From Candidatus Latescibacterota bacterium (GTDB lineage Bacteria > Latescibacterota > UBA2968 > UBA8231): a stretch of 64,000 nucleotides of DNA. The stretch lies in assembly GCA_964291625.2 (NCBI GenBank), contig OZ220089.1, positions 2,304,001 through 2,368,000 of the forward strand, written 5' to 3'. Each line of letters begins with the position of its first letter. Position 1 is the stretch's first letter. The position numbers and the translations under genes were made by a program. Shown here piece after piece: positions 40,522 to 49,927 of the stretch. The notes under the pieces are model-generated. The model was not told the DNA's origin and searched no databases. It saw only the letters and a program-made list of their open reading frames with translations.

Positions 40522-41757
40522 TTATTCGGAGAGCAGGTTGGTGTGCCCCATGCGGTCTCGCTTGGTCCGCAGGTAGCGGATGTTGTGCCGGTTGGGCTCC
40601 GCCGCCAGCGACACTTCCTCGACCACGGTCAGCCCGTAGCCCTCGAGTCCGACGCGTTTGCGCGGGTTGTTGGTCAGCAGCCGCAACTGCCGCAGGCCGA
40701 GGTCGTAGAGGACCTGGGCGCCGATGCCGTAGTCCCGGGCGTCGGCGGGCAGGCCGAGGGCGTGGTTGGCCTCGACGGTGTCGAGACCCTGGCTCTGCTG
40801 CAGCTCGTAGGCCTTGAGCTTGTGAATCAGCCCGATGCCGCGGCCCTCGTGACTCTGGATGTAGACGATCACCCCCCGGCCCTCGGAGGCGATCAGAGAC
40901 ATGGCCCGCTCCAGCTGCTCGCCGCAGTCGCACAGGTGCGAACCGAGGGCGTCGCCGGTGACGCAGGAGGAGTGCATGCGCACCAGTGTCGGCGCGCCGT
41001 CGGCCACATCTCCCATGGCCAGGGCGATGTACGGACTGCCATCGACCAGGGAGCGGTAGGCGTAGACGGTGAACTCGCCGTGCCCCGTGGGCATGGGGGT
41101 CCGGGCCTGCAGCTCGATCAGCTTCTCGGACCGGCGCCGATGGGCGATCAGATCGCGGATGGTGGCGATCTTGAGGCCGTGGCGGGCTGCGAACTCGAGG
41201 AGGTAGGGGGTGGACGCCAGCTCTCCGTCGGCGTCGAGGACCGAGGCCAGGAGCGCTACCGGCTCGACGCCGGCCAGCCGGGCGAGGTCGACGGAGGCCT
41301 CGGTGTGGCCCGCCCTCCGCAACACGCCTCCGGGTTGGGCGGCGATGGGCGTCACGTGGCCGGGCTGCACGAAGTCGGCTCCGCGGCTGTCCGGATCGGC
41401 CAGCCGGCGGATGGTGAGGGCGCGTTCCTGGGCCGAGACCCCGGTGCCCGTCACCTCGCGGGCGTTGACCGAGGTCATGCAGGCCGCGCTCCGCGGGCCA
41501 CCGCCGCCGGGGCGGGCCAGCTCCAGGCCCGACGCCTCGAGCCGCTCGCGGTCGGCGGCGACGTAGACCGGGCCTCCCGCGTGCCGGGTGATGAAGTTGA
41601 CCGAGGCGGCGTCGGCAAGCTCGGCGACCATGACCAGCTCACCCTCGCCCACGACGTCGGACCCGTCCACGTCGACGGCGCGTTCGTCCACCAGGACCAC
41701 CATGCGGCCGGCGGCCAGGTCGTCGATGCTCTCTTCGATGTTGTTGAAGTCGGACAA
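40522..41757 (-). CDS. ribBA: RibBA fusion: degenerate-looking DHBP synthase domain plus GTP cyclohydrolase II
   Basis: RAGHTEASVDLA in the N-domain; HSSC.TGD, CDCG, EGRGIG, LTNNP in the C-domain; TTG start. Confidence 0.9.
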   Translation of the reverse strand: MSDFNNIEESIDDLAAGRMVVLVDERAVDVDGSDVVGEGELVMVAELADAASVNFITRHAGGPVYVAADRERLEASGLELARPGGGGPRSAACMTSVNAREVTGTGVSAQERALTIRRLADPDSRGADFVQPGHVTPIAAQPGGVLRRAGHTEASVDLARLAGVEPVALLASVLDADGELASTPYLLEFAARHGLKIATIRDLIAHRRRSEKLIELQARTPMPTGHGEFTVYAYRSLVDGSPYIALAMGDVADGAPTLVRMHSSCVTGDALGSHLCDCGEQLERAMSLIASEGRGVIVYIQSHEGRGIGLIHKLKAYELQQSQGLDTVEANHALGLPADARDYGIGAQVLYDLGLRQLRLLTNNPRKRVGLEGYGLTVVEEVSLAAEPNRHNIRYLRTKRDRMGHTNLLSE

Positions 41758-41789
41758 GGTCAGAAAACGCCCGGCCGAAGCCGGGCGTT

Positions 41790-42440
41790 TCAGGTGTATC
41801 CCAGGTCCCGGAGAGCGTCGAGGGTGAGGCCGCCGGGGATGGCGGAGCGGCCGGTCAGAAGGCGCTCCACATAACGGGCGACCACGTCGATCTCGAGGTT
41901 TACACGGGCACCCGCGCGCACCTGTGAAAGGTTCGTATGTACTAATGTATGCGGTATGATAGCGATGGTAAAGGTGCCGTCGGCGGCGACTTCGACGAGG
42001 GTCAGGCTGATGCCGTCGACGGCGACGCATCCCTTGGCTGCCAGGTAGCGTGCCAACTCCGCCGGGGGAGCCACCTGGAGGACGGTGTCGCCGGCGGCGG
42101 CGTCGAGCCGGCGCACGGTTCCGACCCCGTCCACGTGGCCGAGGACCAGGTGCCCCCCCAGCCGGTCGGTGGGCCGCAGCGAGCGTTCCAGGTTGACGGG
42201 CGATCCCGGCCGCAGCTCCCCAAGGGTCGTGCGCCGAAGGGTCTCGGCCACCGACTCGACGAGAAAGCTGCCGCCCTTCAGGTCCACGGCGGTCTGGCAG
42301 GCGCCGTTGATGTTGACGCTGTCCCCGGTCTTCAGGTCCTCGCAGATACCCGGGGCCTCGATCTCCAGGCGCCGCAGAGCTTCCCCCCGGGCCTCGACCC
42401 GTCGGACGGTGCCCACCTCCTCGATCAGTCCGGTGAACAT
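41790..42440 (-). CDS. ribE: Riboflavin synthase alpha chain
   Basis: MFTGLIEE, GACQT, VNLER, GGHLV.GHVD, IIPHT, VNLEID. Confidence 0.97.
   Translation of the reverse strand: MFTGLIEEVGTVRRVEARGEALRRLEIEAPGICEDLKTGDSVNINGACQTAVDLKGGSFLVESVAETLRRTTLGELRPGSPVNLERSLRPTDRLGGHLVLGHVDGVGTVRRLDAAAGDTVLQVAPPAELARYLAAKGCVAVDGISLTLVEVAADGTFTIAIIPHTLVHTNLSQVRAGARVNLEIDVVARYVERLLTGRSAIPGGLTLDALRDLGYT
41944..41972 (-). promoter_or_regulatory. Putative internal sigma70 promoter inside ribE driving ribBA-ribH-nusB
   Basis: TTTACC-17 bp-TACATT inside an abrupt AT-rich patch of synonymous codons. Confidence 0.55.
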
Positions 42441-43522
42441 GGGTAGACCACCTTCCCGGTGTAGAGCAGATCCTCTCCCAGGCGCCGGGTTCGCGCCTGC
42501 TCGATGATCGGGGTCTCCGCCAGGGAATCCAGGCCCAGCTCGCCGACGCCGGGCAGGGCATCGCCGCCCAGCAGCCGGGGGGCGATGTAGAGCATGACCC
42601 GATCGACCGACCGGGTCCGCAGGGCGGCGCCCGCCAGCCCGCGGCCGCCTTCCACGAGGACGCTGGTCAGACCCGCCGCGCCGGCCCGGGCCCACAGCTC
42701 TCCCAACTCGAAGGTCCCGCCCCTGTCGGCCAGCGTCCAGACCTCGACGCCGCGCTCGGCGAACCGCCGGCGCTCCGCCTCCGGGGCCGATGCCGATGTC
42801 GCCAGGATCGGCTCCCGGCCCCCGAAGACCTTCGCCGTCGGCGGGCAGCGCAGGCGCCCGTCCACGACAATAGGCCGCGGGTCCCGGCCTTTCACGTGGC
42901 GCACCGTCAGGGCCGGATTGTCGGCGATCACGGTGCCGGCCCCCACGGCCACCGCGTCGGTCCAGGAACGCCAGCGGTGGGCGTGCCGCCGGGCCGGCTC
43001 GCCGGTGATCCACCGCGAGGCCCCCGAGGCCGTGGCGATGCGCCCGTCGAGGGACTGGCCCAGCTTGAGCACCACCAGCGGCCGTCCGGTCCGCCGGTGG
43101 TGCAGGTAGGCGGCATTCTGCTCCTCCGCCTCGGCCGCGCGGACGCCCACCTCGACCTCGATACCGGCCTCCCGGAGGCGCCGGAAGCCCCGGCCGTCGA
43201 CCCGCGGGTCGGGGTCCTGCAGGGCGCAGACGACCCGGCGCACGCCGGCGGCGGCCACCGCCTCGGCGCACGGGGGGGTTCGACCGTGAAAGGAGCAGGG
43301 CTCCAGGTTGCAGAACAGGGTGCCGCCGCGGGCCCTCTCGCCGGCCGCCCGCAGGGCTTCGACCTCGGCATGGGGGCCGCCGACCCTGCGGTGCCAGCCT
43401 TCGCCGACGACGGTTCCGGAACGGTCGGCGACGACGGCGCCGACGAGCGGGTTCGGGCTCACTCTGCCTCGGCCCCGGGCGGCCAGGACCAGGGCCCGGC
43501 CGAGTGCCTTGGCGTCGTCCAA
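42425..43522 (-). CDS. ribD: Bifunctional diaminohydroxyphosphoribosylaminopyrimidine deaminase/reductase
   Basis: PNPLVGA, HAE, LEPC..HGRTPPC, SLDG, WIT, EGG. Confidence 0.96.
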   Translation of the reverse strand: MDDAKALGRALVLAARGRGRVSPNPLVGAVVADRSGTVVGEGWHRRVGGPHAEVEALRAAGERARGGTLFCNLEPCSFHGRTPPCAEAVAAAGVRRVVCALQDPDPRVDGRGFRRLREAGIEVEVGVRAAEAEEQNAAYLHHRRTGRPLVVLKLGQSLDGRIATASGASRWITGEPARRHAHRWRSWTDAVAVGAGTVIADNPALTVRHVKGRDPRPIVVDGRLRCPPTAKVFGGREPILATSASAPEAERRRFAERGVEVWTLADRGGTFELGELWARAGAAGLTSVLVEGGRGLAGAALRTRSVDRVMLYIAPRLLGGDALPGVGELGLDSLAETPIIEQARTRRLGEDLLYTGKVVYPCSPD

Positions 43523-43529
43523 CCCGGGG

Positions 43530-45572
43530 CTACTCGACTTCCACGAGAATGCGGGCCACGCCGACGTTGTCGAGAGCGTCCCACGCCTGCACGGAGATGA
43601 CGTGCTCTCCCGGTTCCAGGTCCTCCACCCGGAAGGCCGCCTCCTCCCGCCCGCCGTCGAAGACCCCGTCGACGGCGGCCAGGCGCGTGCCCTCGTCGTC
43701 GTAATCGACGCAGTAGCGGGCCCCGTGGATCGCGGTGACGGCGTCCTCGATCTCCGCGTGGAGCCGGATCCCGCCACCCTCCCGGCTCGCCGTCAGACGG
43801 ACCCGGGGCGGGGTGTTGTCGATGGGGAAGGGAGCGCTCACGTAGTCGTCCTCAAGGGCCAGCTCCCGTGGGTTGTCCGGGGCGTCGGAAGCGACCACAC
43901 GCAGCTGCGTCGTGCCCTCGGGCATGCTCTCCGTGTCCCAGAACAGGGTGGTCTGGGCGATCCGGTCCTCCACCAGCTTCCACTCCCGCTGATTCTCGCC
44001 GCGCAGGTAGACGCGGTAGCTGAGCTCGTCGCCGTTCGGGTCCTGTGCCTGCCAGCGCACCAGACGCAGGCTCTTGCTCCGGGGGAGTCCCCGGTTTCCG
44101 TCGCGGGGTCCGTTCTGGGGCGGCGCAGGAGGTCCCTGGCCCTGGGGGTTGCCGCGATAGGCAAAGGTGCTCACCTCGGAGATGCGGGGAGGGAGGTTCG
44201 TCGGCCGGGCGGCGATCGATACCCTCCGGACCAGGGGCGAGTTCCGCGGGTCCCGCGACGACAGGACCAGGCGGTATTGCAGGTAGCGCGCCGGGGGGCT
44301 GGCGATCGCCGTGCCGGACTCCCCGACCCTCTCCGACCACTCGCTCCAGGTCTCGTCCGGCGTGGCGGTGTTGCCCGAGCGGGTCCGCAGAAAGAGCCGG
44401 GTGCCATCGGGGACCGTGGCCTCCCAGGTCACCGCCCCCCAGTGTCCGTGGCCCCCGAGGTCCTCCACCGGGGCGTCGAAGAACCCGCTGTCGGCGGCGC
44501 TGGGGGTCAGGCGCGACAGACGCCCCGTGAGCCCGTCGCCGAGGATCCAGTCGCCCCCATGGAGGAGAAGCGCGTTCGGCGACAAGGAATCGGCGGCGGC
44601 GAGGCGCTCGATCAACAACCCCTCGGTGCACACCCGCAGGGCCTGTGCCGGATCGCGCAGGACCGCGGCCAGCCAGCCGCCTCCGAGGTCGGCGATGCCG
44701 GCCCACACTCCACGGCCGCGCCACAAGGGGTAGGACCCCCCGTCCGGATCGATCCTCAGCAGAGTCGCCAGCGACTCCGGGCCTCCCCCCTTCGGGGCCG
44801 GTCCCGTGCCGACGACGGCGGCGAAGAGAGTGTCCCCCACGGCGAGGAGATGGGTCACCTCCTCTGCGTCGGTCTCAACCACCAGGCGGGCTCCCGATTC
44901 GGTGAGCTCGTAGATCCGGGCCCGGGCCGGTGGCCTCGAAGCGTCCTCTCCCGGCCCGGAGACGGCGGTGCCGGCATACCACCGCGAGCCGGCGCCCGCC
45001 AGGGCGCGCACATGGTCAGCGGTGCCTCCCTGGAACAGGGTGTCCACCTCGCCGCCGGCCAGGCGCAGCACACGCGCCGGTCCGCCGGCGGCGACGAGCA
45101 GCCGCCCCCGGCGGTCGAGGGCAAGATCCCAGACATAGCGGCTCCCCGAGCTTGTCTCCGAGGCCACCTCCCCCTGGGGGTCGAGGCGGTAGACGAGCCC
45201 GCCGGGTGAAGTGCCGGCGAAGAGCCCGCCCTCCGACGGCTGCAGGGCCTGTACCCCGACTTCGGGAGAGTCGAAGAGCAGATGGGGCCGGGTATCCTTG
45301 TCCGTGAACCGGAAAATGCGGCCGTCGTCTCCCGTGCCGACCCACAGATCGGCCCCGTGGGCCGCCAGGGTCCAGATGCGGCGGCCATCGACCTCGGCCA
45401 GGGGAACCAGGACCGGGCCGAGGGCGAGCTCGCCCTCGGAGAGCAGGGCGACGCCTTCGCCGGTGCCGGCCTCGAAGTCGGAGTACCGGGCCTGGTGGAG
45501 GGTGACCGGATCGACGCTCCACCCGGGGGCGGCCAGCAGGCAGAGGAGCAGTTGGCGAAGCAGTGGTTTCAT
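43530..45572 (-). CDS. Secreted beta-propeller protein with FN3/Ig-like C-terminal domains
   Basis: Signal peptide; propeller blades (VGTG, AGTSPGG, YVWDL); RTRSGNT..PD.TWSEWS; DPNGD.L.Y; IDNTPP. Confidence 0.8.
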   Translation of the reverse strand: MKPLLRQLLLCLLAAPGWSVDPVTLHQARYSDFEAGTGEGVALLSEGELALGPVLVPLAEVDGRRIWTLAAHGADLWVGTGDDGRIFRFTDKDTRPHLLFDSPEVGVQALQPSEGGLFAGTSPGGLVYRLDPQGEVASETSSGSRYVWDLALDRRGRLLVAAGGPARVLRLAGGEVDTLFQGGTADHVRALAGAGSRWYAGTAVSGPGEDASRPPARARIYELTESGARLVVETDAEEVTHLLAVGDTLFAAVVGTGPAPKGGGPESLATLLRIDPDGGSYPLWRGRGVWAGIADLGGGWLAAVLRDPAQALRVCTEGLLIERLAAADSLSPNALLLHGGDWILGDGLTGRLSRLTPSAADSGFFDAPVEDLGGHGHWGAVTWEATVPDGTRLFLRTRSGNTATPDETWSEWSERVGESGTAIASPPARYLQYRLVLSSRDPRNSPLVRRVSIAARPTNLPPRISEVSTFAYRGNPQGQGPPAPPQNGPRDGNRGLPRSKSLRLVRWQAQDPNGDELSYRVYLRGENQREWKLVEDRIAQTTLFWDTESMPEGTTQLRVVASDAPDNPRELALEDDYVSAPFPIDNTPPRVRLTASREGGGIRLHAEIEDAVTAIHGARYCVDYDDEGTRLAAVDGVFDGGREEAAFRVEDLEPGEHVISVQAWDALDNVGVARILVEVE

Positions 45573-47290
45573 CGGCGGCCCTCCGGGTCCACCTCGAGGA
45601 CGAGGCTCTGCTCCCCGCGCAGGACGAAACCGGCGGGGACGCGTTCTTCCATCAGGACCCGCCAGGCCACCATGCGGGTGCTGCCCGCCACCGGCGACTG
45701 CGACAGCAGCCGGTGCACCGAGGGAGGCGGCGACGGCAGCTCGCGACCGTCCACGGTCAGACCCGGCTCGGCGACGGTCAGTTGCACGACCAGCTCGTCC
45801 TCCCGCCGGGGCCGGTTCAGACGCCTCAGCAACTCCTCGGAGTCTGCCGGCGGTCCGGCGCCCAGGCGCTCCTCCTCCCAGCCGTTGGCAGAGCGACCCG
45901 ACCCAACCCTCACCCCCAGCTCTCCGGCCGCGTCGGCCGGAACCCGCACCGGGACCTGCAGGACTCTCTCGGCGCTTCTGTAGGGTGACAGCCGCACCGA
46001 GACCGTGACCTCCTCCCCGGCGCGGACCCTTGGCCGGTCGAGGCTCGCCCCCGAGAGACGCGCGACACGCACCTCCTCCCTCACATCGGCCCGCATCCGC
46101 ACGCCGGCCAGGCGGACCCTTTCGAAGGAGGAGCGGACCAGGGCTCGCAGAGGTGTGCCGGCATCGATGGCGGCGCCGAAGGTGGCGTCGACCCCGCTGT
46201 AGATCTGGTCCCACGTCACCTTGCGGCCGTCGTCCAGCTCGATGTCGATGTTCAGATCGATCGAGGCCTCGCCCATCACCTTGGAGGTGGACTCCAGGGC
46301 CCCTATCAACGCCGACTGGATCAGGCCGGCGGTGAAGAACCGGTGACGGGCGACCTCGAACCGGAACTCCCGGGTCTCGCCCTCCGGGGCGATGGCCATT
46401 TCCACCGGGAGAACGCCCGCCCTCGCCCCGGTGAGGCCGGCGATCCCCCCGAAGCGGTCCTGCCGGACGGCACCGACGGTGGCCGTGGCCGCGCCCAGCT
46501 TGAAGGAGCGGAACCGGTGGTCGAGGACGCCGAAGATGTGGGCCCCCGTCATCGGCAGGTCGATGGCGCCGCTGCCGACGAAGTCGTGGCCGAAGGCGAC
46601 CAGGCGGTCTCCGTCCACATGGGTCACCGTGCCGATTCCGACCATGCTCAGATCGCCGCCGACCAACTGCACTCCCACGGCGCTGCCCGCCCGGAGCGGC
46701 GGCGTCTCCAGGGAGGGATCGTCTCCAGCCGGCGACAGGAGGGGCTCGAGGCCGAGGGGCGACAGGAGCTCGGTCATGCGTTGCGCGGTCCCGCGGCCGA
46801 CGCCCGACACCCAGACGGGCGCCGCCAGGCGCACCAGGCCGGAGGGCCGCGCCGGCGCCGGCGCCGCGGCGGATCCCCGGGCCGGGGTCGACAGGTCCCG
46901 CTCCATGACCGCGAGCATTTCGTGGATCGGGGTGAGCAGGCCCACCGGCTCGTCGGCGGCGAACCAGCCCCAGGCCACGGCCCCGACCAGGCGTCCTTCG
47001 ACGTACACCGGACTGCCGCTCATGCCGGCCACGAGACCCGTCTCCTCCAGCCCCAGGCCGGACAGCCGGACGAGGATGACGTCGCGCCCGGGAAGCATCG
47101 AGTTGCGCTCGACCCCCAGGATCTCCACGCCGAAGGTGTCGATGCGGGTGCCCTCGACGACGGTCAGGCCGTATCCGCGCATCCCCCGGGCGAGCTCCGA
47201 CACCGGCGCCAGCTCGACCGCAGGAGCCGGGGCATGGAAGAGCAGGATGCAGGAAGCGGCGCGAAGCAGACGGCGGGAGATCCCGCCCAA
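45569..47290 (-). CDS. SpoIVB/S55 peptidase-domain secreted protein
   Basis: GMRGYGLTV, GMSGSPVY (catalytic Ser motif), AFGH, GT.T; start uncertain. Confidence 0.85.
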   Translation of the reverse strand: MGGISRRLLRAASCILLFHAPAPAVELAPVSELARGMRGYGLTVVEGTRIDTFGVEILGVERNSMLPGRDVILVRLSGLGLEETGLVAGMSGSPVYVEGRLVGAVAWGWFAADEPVGLLTPIHEMLAVMERDLSTPARGSAAAPAPARPSGLVRLAAPVWVSGVGRGTAQRMTELLSPLGLEPLLSPAGDDPSLETPPLRAGSAVGVQLVGGDLSMVGIGTVTHVDGDRLVAFGHDFVGSGAIDLPMTGAHIFGVLDHRFRSFKLGAATATVGAVRQDRFGGIAGLTGARAGVLPVEMAIAPEGETREFRFEVARHRFFTAGLIQSALIGALESTSKVMGEASIDLNIDIELDDGRKVTWDQIYSGVDATFGAAIDAGTPLRALVRSSFERVRLAGVRMRADVREEVRVARLSGASLDRPRVRAGEEVTVSVRLSPYRSAERVLQVPVRVPADAAGELGVRVGSGRSANGWEEERLGAGPPADSEELLRRLNRPRREDELVVQLTVAEPGLTVDGRELPSPPPSVHRLLSQSPVAGSTRMVAWRVLMEERVPAGFVLRGEQSLVLEVDPEGRR

Positions 47291-47357
47291 GGGCTTGCCG
47301 GGTGCTCGTAACTGACTGTACCCCAAAGAGGTGCGTCTCCAGGAGAGGGAGCCGGTC

Positions 47358-47386
47358 AATGTACCCGGCCACTCCCTTCGCGTCAA
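47358..47386 (-). promoter_or_regulatory. Sigma70 promoter heading the S55-propeller-rib-nusB operon
   Basis: TTGACG-17 bp-TACATT. Confidence 0.65.
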
Positions 47387-47417
47387 TCGCGGCAGCCGAT
47401 CCACCCTCTCGGATTGC

Positions 47418-47447
47418 TTGACACCTGCGCGGACCGGACGGCATTCT
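47418..47447 (+). promoter_or_regulatory. Putative ftsY promoter (divergent)
   Basis: TTGACA-18 bp-CATTCT. Confidence 0.45.
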
Positions 47448-47548
47448 GTGTACCGACCCGCCCTCCAGGGAAGAAGCATGCACCCGACCCAACGACCCGC
47501 CGCCGGACGGGGTCACCGCCCGGTCCGCGGCTGAGGCGCCGGCCCGCC

Positions 47549-48457
47549 TTGCAGGGGTTTTTCGACCGCATCCGCGCCGGCCTGTCGCGCACGCGCTCCG
47601 CCGTGGTCGAGGCCGTCGCCGACGCCGTGGGCGACCGCCGCCTCGACGACGATCTCCTCGACGAGATCGAAGAGATCCTGATCTCGGCCGACGTGGGCGT
47701 CGACACCTCGGCGGCCATCGCCGGCGGCCTGCGCACCCGGGTGCGAGACTCGGAGGGGGACGCTCTCGAGCTGCTGGCAGCGGAGCTGGAGGCGATCTTC
47801 CCCCATGGAGAAGGCTTCGACGTCACCCACCTGCCGGCGCGCCCCTGGGTGATTCTGGTGGCCGGGGTCAACGGCGCCGGCAAGACGACCACCATCGGCA
47901 AGCTCGCGCAGCGCTACGCCGGCGAGCACCGCAAGGTGATGATGGCGGCCTGCGACACCTTCCGGGCCGGCGCCGTGGCCCAGCTTCAGGTGTGGGCCGA
48001 ACGCGCCGGCGCCGAGATCGTGCGCTCCCGGCAGGGGGCGGATCCGGGGGCGGTCGCCTTCGACGCAGCCCAGGCCGCCCGGGCCCGGGACGCGGACGTG
48101 CTCCTCGTCGACACGGCGGGTAGGCTCCACACCCACGTGAACCTCATGGAGGAGCTGAAGAAGATCCGCCGGTCCCTGGCCCGGTGCCTCGACGGGGCCC
48201 CCCATGAGAGGCTTCTCGTCCTCGACGCCACCACCGGCCAGAACGCCCAGGCCCAGGCGCGGGAGTTCCACTCGGCCCTGGAGCTGACGGGGCTGGCCCT
48301 CACCAAGCTCGACGGCACCGCCCGCGGCGGCATCGCCTTCGCGCTGCGCCGCGAGCTGGACGTGCCGATCCGCCTGATCGGCCTGGGCGAGGGCCTCGAC
48401 GACCTGCAGCCATTCGACGGCCGGGAGTTCGTTCGCGCCCTCCTGGATCGGGGCTGA
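47549..48457 (+). CDS. ftsY: SRP receptor FtsY (short NG-only form)
   Basis: GVNGAGKTTT, DTFRAGA, DTAGR, TKLDGTARGG. Confidence 0.96.
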   Translation: MQGFFDRIRAGLSRTRSAVVEAVADAVGDRRLDDDLLDEIEEILISADVGVDTSAAIAGGLRTRVRDSEGDALELLAAELEAIFPHGEGFDVTHLPARPWVILVAGVNGAGKTTTIGKLAQRYAGEHRKVMMAACDTFRAGAVAQLQVWAERAGAEIVRSRQGADPGAVAFDAAQAARARDADVLLVDTAGRLHTHVNLMEELKKIRRSLARCLDGAPHERLLVLDATTGQNAQAQAREFHSALELTGLALTKLDGTARGGIAFALRRELDVPIRLIGLGEGLDDLQPFDGREFVRALLDRG

Positions 48458-48512
48458 GCCGAGGCTGCCGCGAGCCCCGGTTTGGTGCGGTCCCCCCGGG
48501 CTGGCGGCGACG

Positions 48513-48542
48513 TTGACACGTTTTGCCATGGACCGTTAGACT
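48513..48542 (+). promoter_or_regulatory. Putative gltA promoter
   Basis: TTGACA-18 bp-TAGACT. Confidence 0.55.
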
Positions 48543-48578
48543 GGTATCCCCTCTCCCCTACCTACAGAAGAGGCTCCA

Positions 48579-49865
48579 ATGCCGGAAACGGCCAACCTGC
48601 AGCTCGGCGAGAAGAAGTTCGACCTCCCCGTCGTCGTGGGCAGCGAGAACGAGCACGCCATCGACATCAGCAAGCTGCGCGACCAGACCGGGTACATCAC
48701 CCTCGACGAAGGCTATGGCAACACCGGCTCCTGCCAGAGTTCCATCACCTTCATCGACGGCGACCGGGGGATCCTCCGCTACCGCGGCGTCCCCATCGAG
48801 GACCTGGCCGAGCAGAGCTCCTTCATCGAGACCGCCCACCTGCTGATCTGGGGGCAACTGCCTTCGTCGGAGCAACTCGACAGCTTCAGCCGTCACCTGA
48901 CCCATCACCAGTTCCTGCGCGAGCAGCTCCGCCAGCACTTCGAGGTCTTCCCCCCGGGATCTCCGCCCATGGCGGTCCTGTCGGCGGTGCTCAACTCCCT
49001 CGCCTGCTTCTATCCCGAGCTGCTCGACACCGAGGACGAGGAGCTCTTCGAAGAGGCGGCGGCCCGGCTGATCTCGAAGGTGCGCACCATCGCCGCCTAC
49101 TCGTACAAGCACGACATGGGCCACTACCTGGTGTACCCGCACCCCGAGAAGGACTTCTGCGAGAACTTCCTGCACATGATGTTCTCCGAACCCTACAGGG
49201 ACTACGAGCCCGACCCGGCCCTGGTGCGGGCCCTGGACGTGCTGCTGCTGCTGCACGCCGACCACGAGCAGAACTGCTCCACCTCGACGGTGCGCATGGT
49301 GGGCAGCTCCGGGGCCAACCTCTTCGCCTCGGTGGCGGCGGGGGTCTCGGCCCTCTGGGGCCGCCTTCACGGCGGTGCCAACGTGGCCGTGGTGAGCATG
49401 CTCGAGTCGATCCTCGAGCAGGGGATCTCGGTGAAGGACTATGTGCAGCAGGTGAAGGACAGGAAGGCGGGCATCCGGCTCATGGGCTTCGGCCACCGCG
49501 TGTACCGCAACTTCGACCCGAGGGCGAAGATCATCAAGAAGCAGGCGGAAGCGGTTCTGGCGAAGATCCAGCGGGACGATCCGCTGCTGGGCCTGGCCGA
49601 GGAGCTGGAGGGCGCCGCCCTGGCGGACGACTACTTCAAGGAACGCAGCCTCTACCCGAACGTCGATTTCTACTCAGGCGTGATCCTCCGCGCCCTGGGC
49701 ATTCCGACGAGCATGTTCACGGTCATGTTCGCCATGGGTCGCATGCCCGGCTGGATCGCCCAGTGGTACGAGGACCGCTTCGTCACCAAGGGCCGGATCC
49801 ACCGTCCGCGGCAGGTCTACACCGGGCCGACCGAGGTCTGCTACGTGCCCTTGAACCACCGCTAG
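48579..49865 (+). CDS. gltA: Citrate synthase
   Basis: LHADHEQNCST, LHGGAN, MGFGHRVY, YPNVDFYSG. Confidence 0.97.
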   Translation: MPETANLQLGEKKFDLPVVVGSENEHAIDISKLRDQTGYITLDEGYGNTGSCQSSITFIDGDRGILRYRGVPIEDLAEQSSFIETAHLLIWGQLPSSEQLDSFSRHLTHHQFLREQLRQHFEVFPPGSPPMAVLSAVLNSLACFYPELLDTEDEELFEEAAARLISKVRTIAAYSYKHDMGHYLVYPHPEKDFCENFLHMMFSEPYRDYEPDPALVRALDVLLLLHADHEQNCSTSTVRMVGSSGANLFASVAAGVSALWGRLHGGANVAVVSMLESILEQGISVKDYVQQVKDRKAGIRLMGFGHRVYRNFDPRAKIIKKQAEAVLAKIQRDDPLLGLAEELEGAALADDYFKERSLYPNVDFYSGVILRALGIPTSMFTVMFAMGRMPGWIAQWYEDRFVTKGRIHRPRQVYTGPTEVCYVPLNHR

Positions 49866-49927
49866 GAGCGGGCCTCGGCTTCGAGGGTGGACGCGTTGCG
49901 GCGTCCACTCCACTCCAGGAGCCCAAG

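Noticed and set aside
43523-43530. FMN riboswitch ahead of the rib genes
   Set aside because: There is no intergenic space and no RFN consensus
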